From the human T2T-CHM13v2.0 reference genome, Homo sapiens: a stretch of DNA of 64,000 nucleotides. Positions 12,191 through 25,962 of this stretch are shown in pieces. Location of the stretch: NCBI RefSeq assembly GCF_009914755.1, contig NC_060929.1. The stretch is one strand, 5' to 3'. Position numbers and translations under genes: made by a program. Each line of letters opens with the position of its first letter. Position 1 is the first letter of the stretch. Under the pieces are notes generated by a model. The model did no database searches and had not been told where the DNA came from. It was given only the letters and a program-made list of their open reading frames with translations.

Positions 12191-12349
12191 ATACCAGTGA
12201 CACTACATGTGAAAAAATAATAAACTAAATAAAAATAATATCACTACATGTGAAAAAATAATAAACTAAAAATAATAAATACCAGTGACACTACATGTGA
12301 AAAAATAATAAACTAAAATAAAAATAATAAAATAAATAATAAACTAAAA
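12191..12349 (+). repeat. Complex AT-rich micro-duplication array
   Basis: Three copies of CACTACATGTGAAAAAATAATAAACTAAA, two preceded by ATACCAGTGA. Confidence 0.9.
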
Positions 12350-13209
12350 GGGATTTCTGAAAAGGAGACAAAAAGATAAATGAGGCAACAATTCCCCAGA
12401 AACCAGATGTGAACTTAACTTTTTAAATGGTGAGACTTAGATTGGAGGAATGGGCAAATATATGAAAACAAAGCTTTAGAAGTGGGAATGCACAAAATAT
12501 GAAGCCTGAAACTATAAGACCCAATGATCTGAAAAATGCTCACATTCTCCTCAAGCTCAAATGTTCATGAAAATAAAGGGAAATAAAAGATAGTTTCCTA
12601 AACCTCATGTAGGCCAAATTTTTCCTGACACGACTTGAAGATGGCTGAGAAAAAAATGCCTGTTGATTAATTTGACTGCAATACAAACAGAATAGGACAG
12701 TACCTTGGCCTAGCTATAGCCAAAACAATCACAAAAACACTAGAATGAAAGCTCTCTGCCTCCCCAGGCCCCACGCTCTCATTGTTGCTGGTAACAGCCA
12801 TCTACATCAACAAATCAGAATTGGAGAAGATAGCCCAGAGAACAAAAGAGGGAGGCACTAAAGTCCTTTCACATGTACTGGGTAAGTGGACTAGAATGTC
12901 TCAGAAGATGTGAAGTACAGTTGGTTGCCAAATTCAGCGACATCTGTCAATGTTTATCTCAAGAAAAGTACATCAATCTAACACTGAGATGGCACTGAAC
13001 TGGGGGTGTGGGATACATCCTAAGGATCTGTTATTCTCTTTGGCTTGCTTGGGACACCTCTGAGGTTGGAAGAACCTGGAGAAGTTAGAGGTGACGTGCA
13101 CACCCTGCTCACACCCCTCATTCCATCCCTGATTATGGAGTGACAACATTTTGCAAGTGAGAGGAGAAACTATTTAGTGGAATCTTTACTCAGAAAGAAC
13201 CCTTGGAAT

Positions 13210-13330
13210 TCACTCATTCATTTATCCAACAGATATTTATCAAGTGCCAGGGAACACTGTGCTGGACACCAAGGATATCATGATGAAAATTACAGGCATG
13301 TTTCCTTCTCTTTGTAGTGTATTACACGAG
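13210..13330 (-). mobile_element. L2 3' end
   Basis: CATTCATTTATCCAACAGATATTTAT...TGCCAGG..CACTGTGCTGG. Confidence 0.65.
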
Positions 13331-13393
13331 AGAGGGCAAGTGGTTGAAAAGTGGAAATATAGTTATACATGCTAGGAGGCTAGAAAAGCTGAA

Positions 13394-13942
13394 TGCAGTG
13401 TCTTCTTTACCCCATTGGTGAGGGAGGAGTTCCCACCCTAGAAATATGGGGATGGCCAACCACATGACACTCAACCTTAACAGAGGAGATTAATAGCAGT
13501 TCGCTAGTCATATCTACTCACAGCCCAGGGGAGGACAATGCACCCCACACAGGCCACACAGGGGCCACACTCAGGAAAGGTGAACAGGCAGGGCCTATGT
13601 GAGGCTGGTTTTGAAGTAACAGAAGGGCAAGGTAGCCCTGGTCCCCACAAGAGGATGTGACTGGCTTGTTTGAATAATTCCACAGGCTGTGAGGGAACCA
13701 AAACCCACTCCTCAGGGATAAGCAGATACTGGGCCTGGTCCTCAAGATAAGGAAAGTCATTTGGCTAGGAGACCTCACCCACAGGAGCACAATGGAGAGG
13801 GAAATTTGTGGTCAGGCTGTCTGATGAGCTCTTGGTTTTACCTTTTACCTCTCTTGGAACCTTAATTCCAAGCCTTAACCTGACACAGTGGCAGAGCAGA
13901 GAATGATTTATAGGCTGCCTCAAGGTCCACCCTGGGATTACA
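13394..13942. mobile_element. Solo ERVL-type LTR (MER54/MER74-like; family uncertain)
   Basis: GC-richer block bounded by TG...CA, with GGATGTGACTGGCTTGTTTGAATAATTCC and CTCAGGGATAAGCAG motifs recalled from this LTR group; no clear TSD. Confidence 0.5.
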
Positions 13943-15789
13943 GATGGCTCAATCAGGAGGCCTTAGCTGGTGGGACCCTAGACTAGAAAAAACCCTTTTT
14001 CTGTTCCACTCCCACTCTGTACCTGGCAAAACAGCTCAAGCACATAAAAGGGGCCAGAGTCACCTGCCATTAACACCTTGCTCCTTCAAAAAATGCTGTA
14101 CTTGCTCTGAGACATCACACCTCCTGCCAAGCTGAGCCCCGAGTCAGGGCAGAGGAGAGCAAGGTGATTCTTTGAAGCAGCCTCTCTGACAATTGTATTC
14201 ACTACAAAGTCAATAAAGACATAAAGCCCCATTTACATTAGTGAACATAAGTTCACAAGAACAGGACAGAAGCTACAGAACTGCAAAGAGCGTTGGTCCC
14301 TCCTGAGATGGCAGACAGCTTGGGAGAAGCAGCTGTCCACAGTAGAAGGAAGAAGGTGCTTTGCCTCACAGGGCTTGCTGAGACCTGGCAGAAGGCAGGA
14401 AACTAGATGCAGCGGGAAGAAGGAGCAGACATTTACAAGGGCTGGGTCCGCTGTTGTCACTCAAACAGGCAGCCAAATTTCTACCCTGAACACAATCTTA
14501 TCATCAGTAAATGCAAGGGAGAAAGAGAGAGAGGGAAACTGATTAAATAAGTTAAATCTCTTGCAAGAAGTGCAAACAGTTTGCTTCCCCACAGCAGGAT
14601 ATTGGAAAGCCCCATGAAAGCAGGCTCTGGAGAGACATAGATAGTGGAATGAGAGTACTTTTTTAATATAATTTTTATAAAGAAGGAAACCTTGAAGTTC
14701 AAGAGTCTGGCAATCTAAAATTTTTGTAGAGAAAGAAAAGATTGGGTTCCAAATAGATAAGTGCTGGTGGGCATCTTTCTAATTTGCTCACTTTTCTTTC
14801 TTGGCATCCTATTACCATTGGCAGCTTCTCCAGGCTGCTGCTGCTTCACCCTTGGGCAGTCTGTGCCTGAGAGGATGCTTGCTGGTAATCTGCAAAGGGC
14901 AGGAGACTAGGCAATCTCCAGGCTTCTGTTTCCTGAGCTCTGACAGCACCCAAACATGGGTGTGCATACTGTAGGCATTAGTCTTCACTCTGGCCCAATT
15001 CTAGGTGGATATACAATCTAGTCAATAAGTTTCAAGAGTTTATTTCTAAGAGAGCAGGAGGAAGACACCCAAGTTATACCCATCTTTCTGTCTTCTCAGG
15101 GCTATCGGTGAAGTGGAAATAGAATGTCAGTAGACACATTTTCTCTTGCATTCCAGGCTCAACCAAATGACTTAACTATGTTCTCCTGTGCTATGGACAA
15201 AATGATAATGTCCCAACCATTTTCATCTTGAGCAGATGTAGAGGAGTGAAGAAAAGTGCACGTGTATTATCCCAAACCCATGTGTTTCTGCCCAGATTGT
15301 TCAGGGACTATGGTGCTCTTTCTGCTTTTCCTCTCATCAGGCAGATCTTATGAAGATGACAGTGGGGGAACACTAAACTATGTGCAGAATGAAGCGCTAT
15401 GCAAAAAGTTATCGCCAATACATATAGAATAAGGACGTAAAACTGTCCGTGTGTTTCCGTTACATTTACATTAGAAATATGATTGGGAGGAAAGGATTGG
15501 AAAATATACAACAGCATATAAGCAAAGAGATGAGAGAGGAGAGGAAATCTTCATCAGGGCCAGTTATTATCTATCAGGGTCTACAAGCGGCTGTGGTTGG
15601 AGTAGAACTGTTTCATGTGAGGGTTGTGTGTGTGTTTATATCTTTCTGTATTTTCTAATTTTATTAATGAGATCATAGTATATAAATAAAAATATTTGAA
15701 ACACATACACATAAAAGATAATTAGAGCACTTCAAAACCATGTGCTGTCATACAACCTATTTGTTATAGATGAGAAAGAGCTTGACTGG

Positions 15790-15975
15790 AAGCAGACATA
15801 CTCAGTTTTGTCTCTAACTGTATACTTCAGCAAAATACGCTTTGGGCTTCAGTTTCCTCACCTGTAAAAATAAGACCACCACCACCTACTTCACAGGGTT
15901 TTCCTAGGATTCAATATTACATCTATGAAAGCACCTTGGCCAGTGCTGGTACTTGGAGGCATCAAAAAAGTTCAT
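15790..15975 (+). mobile_element. MIR SINE
   Basis: CTTCAGTTTCCTCACCTGTAAAA...CCTACTTCACAGGGTT...TGAAAGCACCTTGGC. Confidence 0.75.
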
Positions 15976-17297
15976 TTCCTTACCTTTTCCACAATTCCTC
16001 TGCTCAATTCAGGGATTCAATCCTCTGTTTTGATTCAGGGCTCTCCACAGAGATTAGACTGTAGAGGGCTTAACAACTTGCAAAAAAAGTATCAGACAGC
16101 TGTTTCCAGATCTGTGTTTGCTGTCTTTTTTGCACCAAAGAAAACACTTCTCCTTTATTTGTAAAATCTGCTGTCTGTGGCAAGATTTATCAGGGCGCTG
16201 TAGGAGTTTCTGACAAAGAAAGGGCACTCTTCCACGTTCATTCCCAGTCAAAGGCTGGCTCTGGGGTGCTGGTAGTGGTACTTTTCCCTCACTTACTAGC
16301 TAACTTAAGGCTATGAAAGAACAAAATCACTTAAAACCAGAGGAAATGAGACCTTTCCAAGCCCTAATCATGCAGGCTGTGCAGGCACCAGGTAGAGAGA
16401 ACCGCTACAGCACCAAGCACAATGAAAAATTCTAGAGCAGACAGATGCCTCATTCCTGTTACCACCATAGTCAAGGTCATATAAGGAAAACTGCCAGATG
16501 ATGGAAGAAAACAAACATTCTCAAGAAAAAAAGCCTTCATCATGCCTGTTTACAACAAAATCATCAAATCTGAGAGGAAATGTTTAAGAAAGTAATAGAT
16601 ACAAAATTCAGTAATGGGAGGCGCACATTTTATTTGCTTACTTCTAGGACCCACCACTGACTTAGAAGCCACTCCCCTAGGTCTCTCCAATAAAAGCTTA
16701 TCTTTACCAAAAGGAAAAGCTTTGGCACTACTACAAAGAATAACATTAGTAACCACCATAGGGAGGACCCTCTTCGGGTGTGGACGGCTACCTCACAGGC
16801 TTAGCAACTTACAGAAGGTACCTCAGTAGCACATAATGAAGGGCATTGCAAAGTGATCTCAAGTCTCCTGGACAGCCTAGTTTCAAGGCAAAAGCTTAAA
16901 GTACTAAGAATTAGTTTTGCCTCTGCTCCCAGCCTCCTGTGGGAGAGCAGGCAGATCCTCTGGGTCCACCATCATCTCTTAAATGAGAGCATTGTGCTTA
17001 CTATCAAAAAGCTCTTTGATCTGAGGCCCAAAATCCTACTGAAGTTCTATGCCATATTTTGTGTCTATGGGCAGATGTTCATTTTTCTGAGAGAAGTTCC
17101 ATGTCATTTGTCAGATCCTCAAAGAGGCCCATGATCCAAAAATATATTAAGACCAACTAAACTAAATAACTTACAAGCTTTCTTACAGATACCAATCATT
17201 AGAGGAAGTTTTTCTGATTATAAAAACAATGCAATTTATTGTAGAAAAATTGAAAAGTGTAGGCAAAAAGAAAAATCTGCTGTTATTGAGCCACTCA

Positions 17298-17679
<382 letters not shown>

Positions 17680-17697
17680 TTAGGCTCTGCTACATTC

Positions 17698-17900
17698 CAC
17701 ATTTTCACACATTAAAAATTCTTCAAAAACAGCAACTTTAATGGTCACATTTTATCATAGGGATTTAATTACATTTTATCTAACTGTTTTCCTGTGGTTG
17801 GACACCTGTGTTGATACTAATGTTTTGCCATTATAAACAATGCTGCTGTGAACATTCTTAAAAGACCAATTTGGTTATATTTTTGTTGGTAATAGCTACT
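17698..17900 (+). repeat. 203-bp dispersed duplication, probable source copy (old L1 remnant)
   Basis: Identical to 19488-19690 except at 2 positions. Confidence 0.95.
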
Positions 17901-17937
17901 AACAATTTTTGGGCAAGAAAATAGCAAAATCTCCAGA

Positions 17938-18195
17938 ACTAGGGATCTATTGTACACCATGGTGACTGCAATTAATAAAATGTATTGGACACTTAAAAAC
18001 TGCTAAAAGAGTAGATCTCAAATGTTCTTACCACAAAAAAGTTATACATATGTAAGATGATGAATATATTGATTTGCTTGGTTTAATCATTTCACAATGT
18101 ATACATGTATTACAACATCACGTTTATACCATCAGTATACACAATATTTATTTGTCATTTACATCTTAATAAAGCTGGAAGCAGAAACAAAAAGA
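17938..18195 (+). mobile_element. L1MA-type 3' end
   Basis: GATCTATTGTACA..ATGGTGACT...GCTAAAAGAGTAGAT...TTAATAAAGCTGG. Confidence 0.8.
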
Positions 18196-19487
18196 GCAAA
18201 ATCAATATTTATCTTATGATAGTACAGGAGATGAATTGAAATGGGGAAGACTAAAGGCTTGGGAAGACTAAAGGCAAACGGTTTTTATCTGAGAACTTGA
18301 ACCAGGGGAGAGACAGTGAGACTGAACATGAAGGTCCAGATACGGAACACATGCTAAAGGGAAATTGCCATAAGTCAGTGGTTCAGAGGGAGACAGAAGA
18401 ATCAAAGAGTCAGCTGACTTTCTACTTTCACAATTGAAAGAATGAGTATACCATGAACCAAGACAGGGAAAGAGATAGGAAGGTGAAGAGTCATTTCTAG
18501 AAGGTCACTGCAAGAAAGATAACTGCAAATGTCATGATCGAACTGCTTCTTTTTATCATAACAAAACATATCCCCAAAAAGCAACTGATAATCTAGGGTA
18601 CTCATTTACAGTTACATAAACTAGAAAGTAGGAGACAAGGGAACCCGTTGGTGTAACATCTCTTTGCTCTTGAATGTTCAAATCTAATAAATTAGTTATT
18701 AATAATGATATCTTCTAAAGCATAAAAGCTGAGCAGTTTGTATCATTCAGACCAGAATAATATTTCATAATTATGACTATATACCTAGAATGGTAATTTT
18801 TAAAAATTATACCACATTTTTCATCTTTATCTCTATTGTTTTATTTTGCTTTTTATTTCTATAGGTTATTTTAATCAATTCTATTTCAAATAAATGAGGT
18901 AAGACCTATGGGAAAAAGAAAAGTCCAGAAATCAATGTCACTAACATATAAAACACCACCAGGAGGAAGTCAGCTAGAAAACTAATTCAGTGATGACATT
19001 TTGAGCTCTCCATGACATAGTAAAGCCAGTAGGAATGATAAAGTAGAGATTTTCTCAATGAAATCTCCGCTTATCATTCAGATGTCTGAATTCAGCTCTG
19101 AAACAGTAACCCTGGACTTAAATTTAAAATGTCATATTTTATTTAAATATTTACCATGTAAAAATTTCTATGTCATTCTTTATTATTGAAATACGTTCTT
19201 TCCAAAAACTTCAGATTGCCAAGCAAAGATGTAGCTGAATTTCTGATAAGATTCTTTGAAAACACCATTTTTACTGATTCCAGAATACTCAAGAGAATAA
19301 AAGATGCAGATAGTGGCCATCTAGCAGAGAGGAAGTTGATGTTCTCTTCATTTTAGTACGAGGTTACTATTATTTTCTATAGCCACCTTTCCTGGTATGA
19401 TAAAGCTATTACATATGTATTTATTGGAAGCTGTTTTCACATGCCAGGCACTGGTACTAGGTGCTGATGATACCATCAGCACATTTT

Positions 19488-19690
19488 CACATTTTCACAC
19501 ATTAAAAATTCTTCAAAAACAGCAACTTTAATGGTCACATTTTATCATAAGGATTTAATTACATTTTATCTAACTGTTTTCCTGTGGTTGGACACCTGTG
19601 TTGATACTAATGTTTTGCCATTATAAACAATGCTGCTGTGAACATTCTTAAAAGTCCAATTTGGTTATATTTTTGTTGGTAATAGCTACT
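19488..19690 (+). repeat. 203-bp dispersed duplication, probable inserted copy
   Basis: 99% identical to 17698-17900; stuttered left junction CACATTTTCACATTTTCACAC. Confidence 0.95.
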
Positions 19691-21344
19691 ATTACATGAG
19701 ATCAAGCCCATAGAAATGTAATTGATCTAATTCTTTTCTTGTAACTGGAAATTAAAGGAACAAAGAAGCTAACTAATTCCTTTTAACATTAATCCTATAA
19801 TTTCACCTTCTAATTCTTTCTTTCACAGTCCCATAATAAGTGAGAGGAAAATTGACTGGTTACATGAGAGCCAGTGAGGTGTAATCCCCACCAAAGAAAA
19901 GGCCCTATATAGTCATTCTGAAAGCCAGAGAAAATATGAGGAGAAGGTTTTAATAGCTCCAAGACTTCCCTGCGCTAATCTGGTTTTCAGATAAGACAGT
20001 GAGAAATGTGGTAAAAACAGCTCCATGTGTCATTTCAAATGAAATACAGCATTTAAATTGCCTTAGTCTGAGTTACACGCTGCACTAAGCCATACTTTTC
20101 CATATAAAGTAAAAGATACAACCTCTGCTCCAAAGGAACATGAAGTAATTCAAAAGAATGGCACACAGTATTGAGAATGACAAAGCACCTAGAGACCATG
20201 ATCTATTCCCTAATTGCAGGAAATGAAGCTTGAACTTTACAAAATAAGATTCAAAGAAACGGAGGAGATGAGGAAGAAGAAATGGATTCTAGAGCAATTC
20301 CTTTGTGGCAGTGCATAAGGAAAGGGACAGAAACAAGAATAAGCATACTAGCTCCCAAGATAAGCCTAGAGAGCAAGACTCCACTGGTATTCAGTGTGCC
20401 AGGCTCCTCCTACAGAAGAAACAGTGACATTAATTTGTGCTAGAATGTGGTCTATAAAGGGATCATCAACCCTCCACCTGGGAGACAGCATTAAAATTAT
20501 GCTCTGCAGATTGCTAAAGAGGATGACCCCATACAACACAAATCAGGAGAACATGGTAAAACTAAGATGACCTTGAGGGTCCAAAATTCTAGTGAAACAT
20601 TGGCAAAGGCCCTAGAGATGTTGGGCTGGAGTGTTTGTCATCAACCCGTATACTTATTCATTTGCTGTTCATTTAGTAAACTTCAGTTGATGTTACAAAA
20701 TTTCCCTAGGCAAATATGCATGTAGGAAATGAACTGCAATCTTTTAAAACTGGTGTTTCCATCAAAGTTAGTTCTTACAGCTCCCTCGAAGAAGAGATCA
20801 CACAGGTCTGCAGATCTTTTAGAATGGCATTGGTTTATCACTCAACAGAGAAGACTGCCAGCTCCACAACATGAAGGCAGTTTATTCTTCTCCAACCTAG
20901 TGCTGATTAGGTATAGACTGGGCAATCTACCACATACAACCCAGAAACTGAAAGAGAGAGAAGGCAAGGACTCAGAACGTGGAATTGTATCAGTTAGACA
21001 AAAATCCTCATCTAGTTCTGGAAGGAAATGAAACCTAGAAAAAAAGAACTGCTGCAAGGATATAAAGAATTTAATTGTTAACTGAGGCCCTTTAAAAATT
21101 ATATTATAATACCTCGGCAGAAGGGAATATGTCATTCAACCTAATGACTTCTCCGCTTATTTTAGGTATACTTTTTCTAAATATCCTGGAACAAGAAACT
21201 GAGCACTGTGATAAACAGAGAAGCCACTATCTATAATGTGATTTGTGTATTTCTAACAGTTATACGACTACCTCAAAACCTCTCTCACACTTATTTACCA
21301 TGGCAGGTTCCTTTCCTTACACTAACTGGGTATTTTGTTTATTA

Positions 21345-22330
21345 ATAATTATTTAGCACAGACTATAATAGAGACATCAGGCTTGATGCTAAGGGCAGAG
21401 TGAAGAAGATAATCCCTTCTTAAGGAGCTACTGAGGAAGATAAACAAGTAAAGAGGGAACTGAAGGTCAGTGTGGTAATTTTAACACTAAGGATAAGAAG
21501 AGGGCATGTAACTCACCCTTGAGAGAGGCAGGGTCAAGGAAGTCATCTATTCAGAGGTAGTGTCTTAGCAAATAAAAAAAGAATAAGAACTAGGCAAATG
21601 GGAGAATGGAAAGACACTCCAAGCAGAGGCATCACCTCTTCAAAGGCTTAGAACCTACAGAGAAAATGGTACATACGGAAAATGCATCCAGTTCAAGGTG
21701 AAAAGAAGATCCTTGGAAGGTGAGCAAGCACCAGATAATTAATAATTTTTAAGTCATAATAAGGACTCTCAATTCTGAGAGCAATGGAGAGCTACTAAAG
21801 AGTTTTAGATCTAAGAAGTGGCAAGAATAAACATTCTCACTGCCATATGGAAAGTGGATTAGAGATGGACAGACAGACTAAAGGCAGGGAAATTAGTTAG
21901 GACACTGTAGCAGCAATTAAGCAAGAGATGGTGAAGACCTGCACCAGAGAAGTAGAGGCAAAATGGTGAAAAGTAGGTGGAATCAAGAGTGATAGAATCC
22001 ACAGATCCTAACAATAAGTTCCATTTGGGGTGGAAAAGAGGGAAGGAGAATCAAAAATGCCCCCCAAGTTACTTATCACTGAAACAGAGAATGCAGGAGG
22101 AGACGCAGACATGGTAGGGAAGATGAGTTCTCGTCTGGGCACACTGAATTTGAGGTGACTTTGAGAAATCAAAAAAAAAATGTCCACTCAGTGACAAGCC
22201 AGAGAGAGATCTGGCCTGGCCAGGGAGTGATCAATACATGAGTGTTTCTTGGGAACACTGGAATAGATGAGCATGCCCAGTCAGAATGCATGAAACAAGA
22301 TGTGATGCTCTCAAGACATTGGTCTCAGGG
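21345..22330 (-). mobile_element. L2 LINE fragment
   Basis: Purine-rich, with GAGCAATGGAGAGCTACTAAAGAGTTTT, GGCAGGGAAATTAGTTAGGA, GCAAGAGATGGTG and GAATTTGAGGTG motifs. Confidence 0.7.
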
Positions 22331-22623
22331 CATCAGGAGATGGTGAAAGGATCCATGTTACCTTAAAAGGGAGGAAGCTGATCCTCTCCTGATACACTGG
22401 AATTATTTGTGCATCTCATCAGCTAATTTTTAGCTGAGTATGAAGAGGTAAACCTTGAAAGATGGTGAGTCAGGCAAATATTGATGATGGGGGTAGAGAA
22501 AAACAAGATGAAGTTAAAAAGCAGGGTGTTCAACATTAGTTCTAGACAATAAGGGATAAAACCATCACAACTGGGATTCTTAGGCAACTAAGGAGCCACT
22601 TAAAATCAGTGATCATCACTTTA

Positions 22624-23091
<468 letters not shown>

Positions 23092-23106
23092 TAAAGCTAT
23101 CTAGAC

Positions 23107-23560
23107 CAGTTGTTTTCACCTTGGCTGCATTCCCACTTGGAAAATTTTTTAAAATGCAAATATCCAGATGTCCTATGGACCCTTGTAATTCAAATTATAT
23201 TTTTGCTACCAGCAGTATTAGCATCTGTGACAGTGTGTAATATCCAGACCACAAATTAAAATCTGTATTTTCCTAAGATTCCCTGGGAGATGTGCATGCA
23301 CATTAAAGCTTGAGACCTGCTGCCTCAGAATCACTTGAAGGAGTTGTTAAAACAGAGATTGCTAGATCAGGGATGGGGCTTGTGAATTTGCATTTCTAAC
23401 AAGTTTCCAAGTGCTGCTGCTGCTGCTGAGAGGCTAATACTGTATTTTGAGAATTTCTGCCATAGAACAATTCAGAATCTCGCTGGATGGGACCCAGGCA
23501 TCAGTATATTTTTAAGCTCCCTAAGTGATTCTGATTTCCAGCCAAGGTTGAGAACCACTG
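23107..23560. mobile_element. MER5A/MER5B hAT-Charlie cluster (probably nested)
   Basis: CAGAATCACTTGAAG..TTGTTAAAAC, TTTGCATTTCTAACAAGTT, GATTCTGAT..CAGCCAAGGTTGAGAACCACTG. Confidence 0.75.
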
Positions 23561-24679
23561 GTAAAAATATTTTTCTGCTCTTCATTACATAAGTAAGGAA
23601 ATGACTATGAGAAGCAACTTAGCTATCCTCTAACACCAGCTTAAATTCATGACTAAACTGTTCTTTAATATAAGATAAAATATATTTAATATAATTTTGA
23701 TTAATCAAAAGAGAAAGAAAGATGCTGCATCATCCTTAGTGACTCATTTCCAGAGATATGTTTGGTTATGATTGGAAAAAAGGTCACCACAAGTAACCAT
23801 TATCTTAATCATTACAGTAACCATCAATCAATTTATTAATTTTAATTTCTGGTAATTTAATAGGGTATTGGCATTTTGAAGGCCACAATGTGTTTTTTGA
23901 ACTCATGTTTTTTTTTTTAACAGAAGCAAGGTTGTATAAATTATTTTTCCCCAGTCAGCCTACAAAACCAATTCTTTTCTTCTGTGTGCTTTGGGTTTAA
24001 TTTTACCTTCTTTTTTCTAGGTTCTTGAGGTAAAAGTTTAGGTTATTGATGGAGTCTTTTTCTCTTTTTTAATGTATGTATTTGGTACTATACATTTTTT
24101 TCTTGGCATGGCTTTAGTTGTGTCCCACAAATTTTATAGTGCATTTGTACTTTTGTTAAGCTTAACTTTTTTTTATTTCCCTTGAGAGTTTCTCTTTAAT
24201 CCATGGATTTTTAGAAGTCTGTTGTTGTTTAGTTTCTAAATGTTTACAGATTTTTCTATTATCTTTCTCTTATTGATTTCTGGTTTGATTCCACTGTGGT
24301 CAAAGAACAAACACTCTGTATGATTTAATTGTTTTGAAATTGGTTGAGGTTCTTTACATGGCCTAATCATCTGTATTGTTATAAATTCTATAGACACTTG
24401 GGGAAAATGTGTATTTTGCTGTTATTGAAAGGAATGTTCTCTAAGTGTTGATTAGATCCAGTTGGTTGATGGTGCTGAGTTTTTCTATATCCTGGATGAC
24501 TTATAGCCTAGTTGTTCTATCAATTGTTGAGAAAGAAGGGCTGGAGTCTTAACTGTAATTGAAGATTTGTCTATTTCTCCTTTCAGTTCCATCAGGTTTT
24601 GCTTGGATATTTTCAGCTCTGTTGTCTGCATATGCATTTAAGATTGCTAAATTTTCTTGGTGAAGTGACCCTTTTACCA

Positions 24680-25097
24680 TGCCTAATTAAACTTGCCTAA
24701 AGCTGACTCCTTACACATTTTAAGTTAGGCCTGATGGTTTATATGTATATAGTGAACTGTAACCTAACAGGGTGTGTAAATAGACAGCAACCTACTCTTG
24801 TAAGTAGCAGAGTCTCAGCCAATCACAGCAGCCATACTTTAGCATTCACAGACAGCCAACTACTCAAACCTTGTTCAAATAAGACACCCAGCTGTAACCA
24901 ATCCAGGTGTTTCAGTATCCCATTTCTATTTTCTGTACATCACTTTCTTTTTTCTTTCCACAAATTCTCTCTGACTACACAGCAGTGCCAGAGTTGCTCT
25001 GAATCTATTCTGGTTCTGGGGGTTGTTTAATTTGCGAATCATTCTTAGCTTGATTAAACTTGTTAAATTTAATTTGTCTAAAGTTTTTCTTTTAACA
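24680..25097 (+). mobile_element. MER57-type ERV1 solo LTR
   Basis: GCCTAAAGCTG.CTCCTTACA.ATTTTAAGTT...GTGAACTGTAACCTAAC...AAAGTTTTTCTTTTAACA; CCAT flanks. Confidence 0.85.
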
Positions 25098-25374
25098 CCA
25101 TTTTATAATGTACCTCTTTGTCACTAGTATTTTTTTTTTGCTCTGAGGTCTACCTTATCAGATAGTATAACTATTTCTGCTTTTCTGTGATTAATATTTA
25201 TATGATATACATTTTTATCTTTTTAATTTTGAACTTGCCTATATCATTATATTTGAAGTGAGTTGCTTCTAGACAGCATATAGTTAGGTCATATTTTTTA
25301 TTCCATAATGCCAGTCTTTGTTTTTTGCTTTGTTTTGCTTTAAGTTTCTTCTGTTTGTTTTTTCCTTTACATCA

Positions 25375-25962
25375 TGTGCCTTTATTTTTATTTTTTAATT
25401 GTATACATTTAAGGTATATAAAACAATATTTTATATACATATACATAATAAAATGATTACTACAGTCAAACAAAAGAAAATTAGCATATCCAATGGGGAA
25501 AAGCGGATTTTCCTCTAAAAGCCAGTACAAGACAAGGATCCTCACTCTCGCCACTTCTAGTCAACATAATACTGAAAGTTCTAGCAAAAGCATCTAGAGA
25601 GGAAACAGATTTAAAAATATATCCATATCAAAAAAGAAGAAGTAAAATTATTCCTAGTTGCAGATTACATGATACAAAATTCCACAAAAATCTGTTAGAA
25701 TTAATAAATGAATTCAGTAAGGCTGCAGAATACACAACCAACATACCAGCATTTGCATTTCTTTACACCAATAATGATCTATCCAAACAAGAAATCAAGG
25801 AAACCATCCTGTGTACCATAGCATAATGCAGTTATATAGGATAAAGAATTCTAGAGATGTAATGTACTAGCATGAGGGCTGGAGTTCATAATATTACATC
25901 ATATACTGAAATTTTGCTAAGAGAATAGATTTTATGTCTTCTTACCACAAAAAAAGGTAACA
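25375..25962 (-). mobile_element. 5'-inverted L1MA-type insertion
   Basis: Minus-strand 3' terminus (25375-25491) abuts a plus-strand ORF2 + 3'UTR piece (25492-25962). Confidence 0.65.

Noticed and set aside
12191-12349. Repeat-spacer appearance (CRISPR-like)
   Set aside because: Human DNA; spacers are low-complexity and derived from the unit; no cas genes
12797-12882. Plus-strand exon-like block (IYINKSELEKIAQRTKE...|gtaagt)
   Set aside because: Weak acceptor, no partner exons, no recognisable protein
18244-18275. Short tandem GGGAAGACTAAAGGC x2 (similar 16-bp tandem near 42166)
   Set aside because: Ordinary slippage duplications inside old repeats
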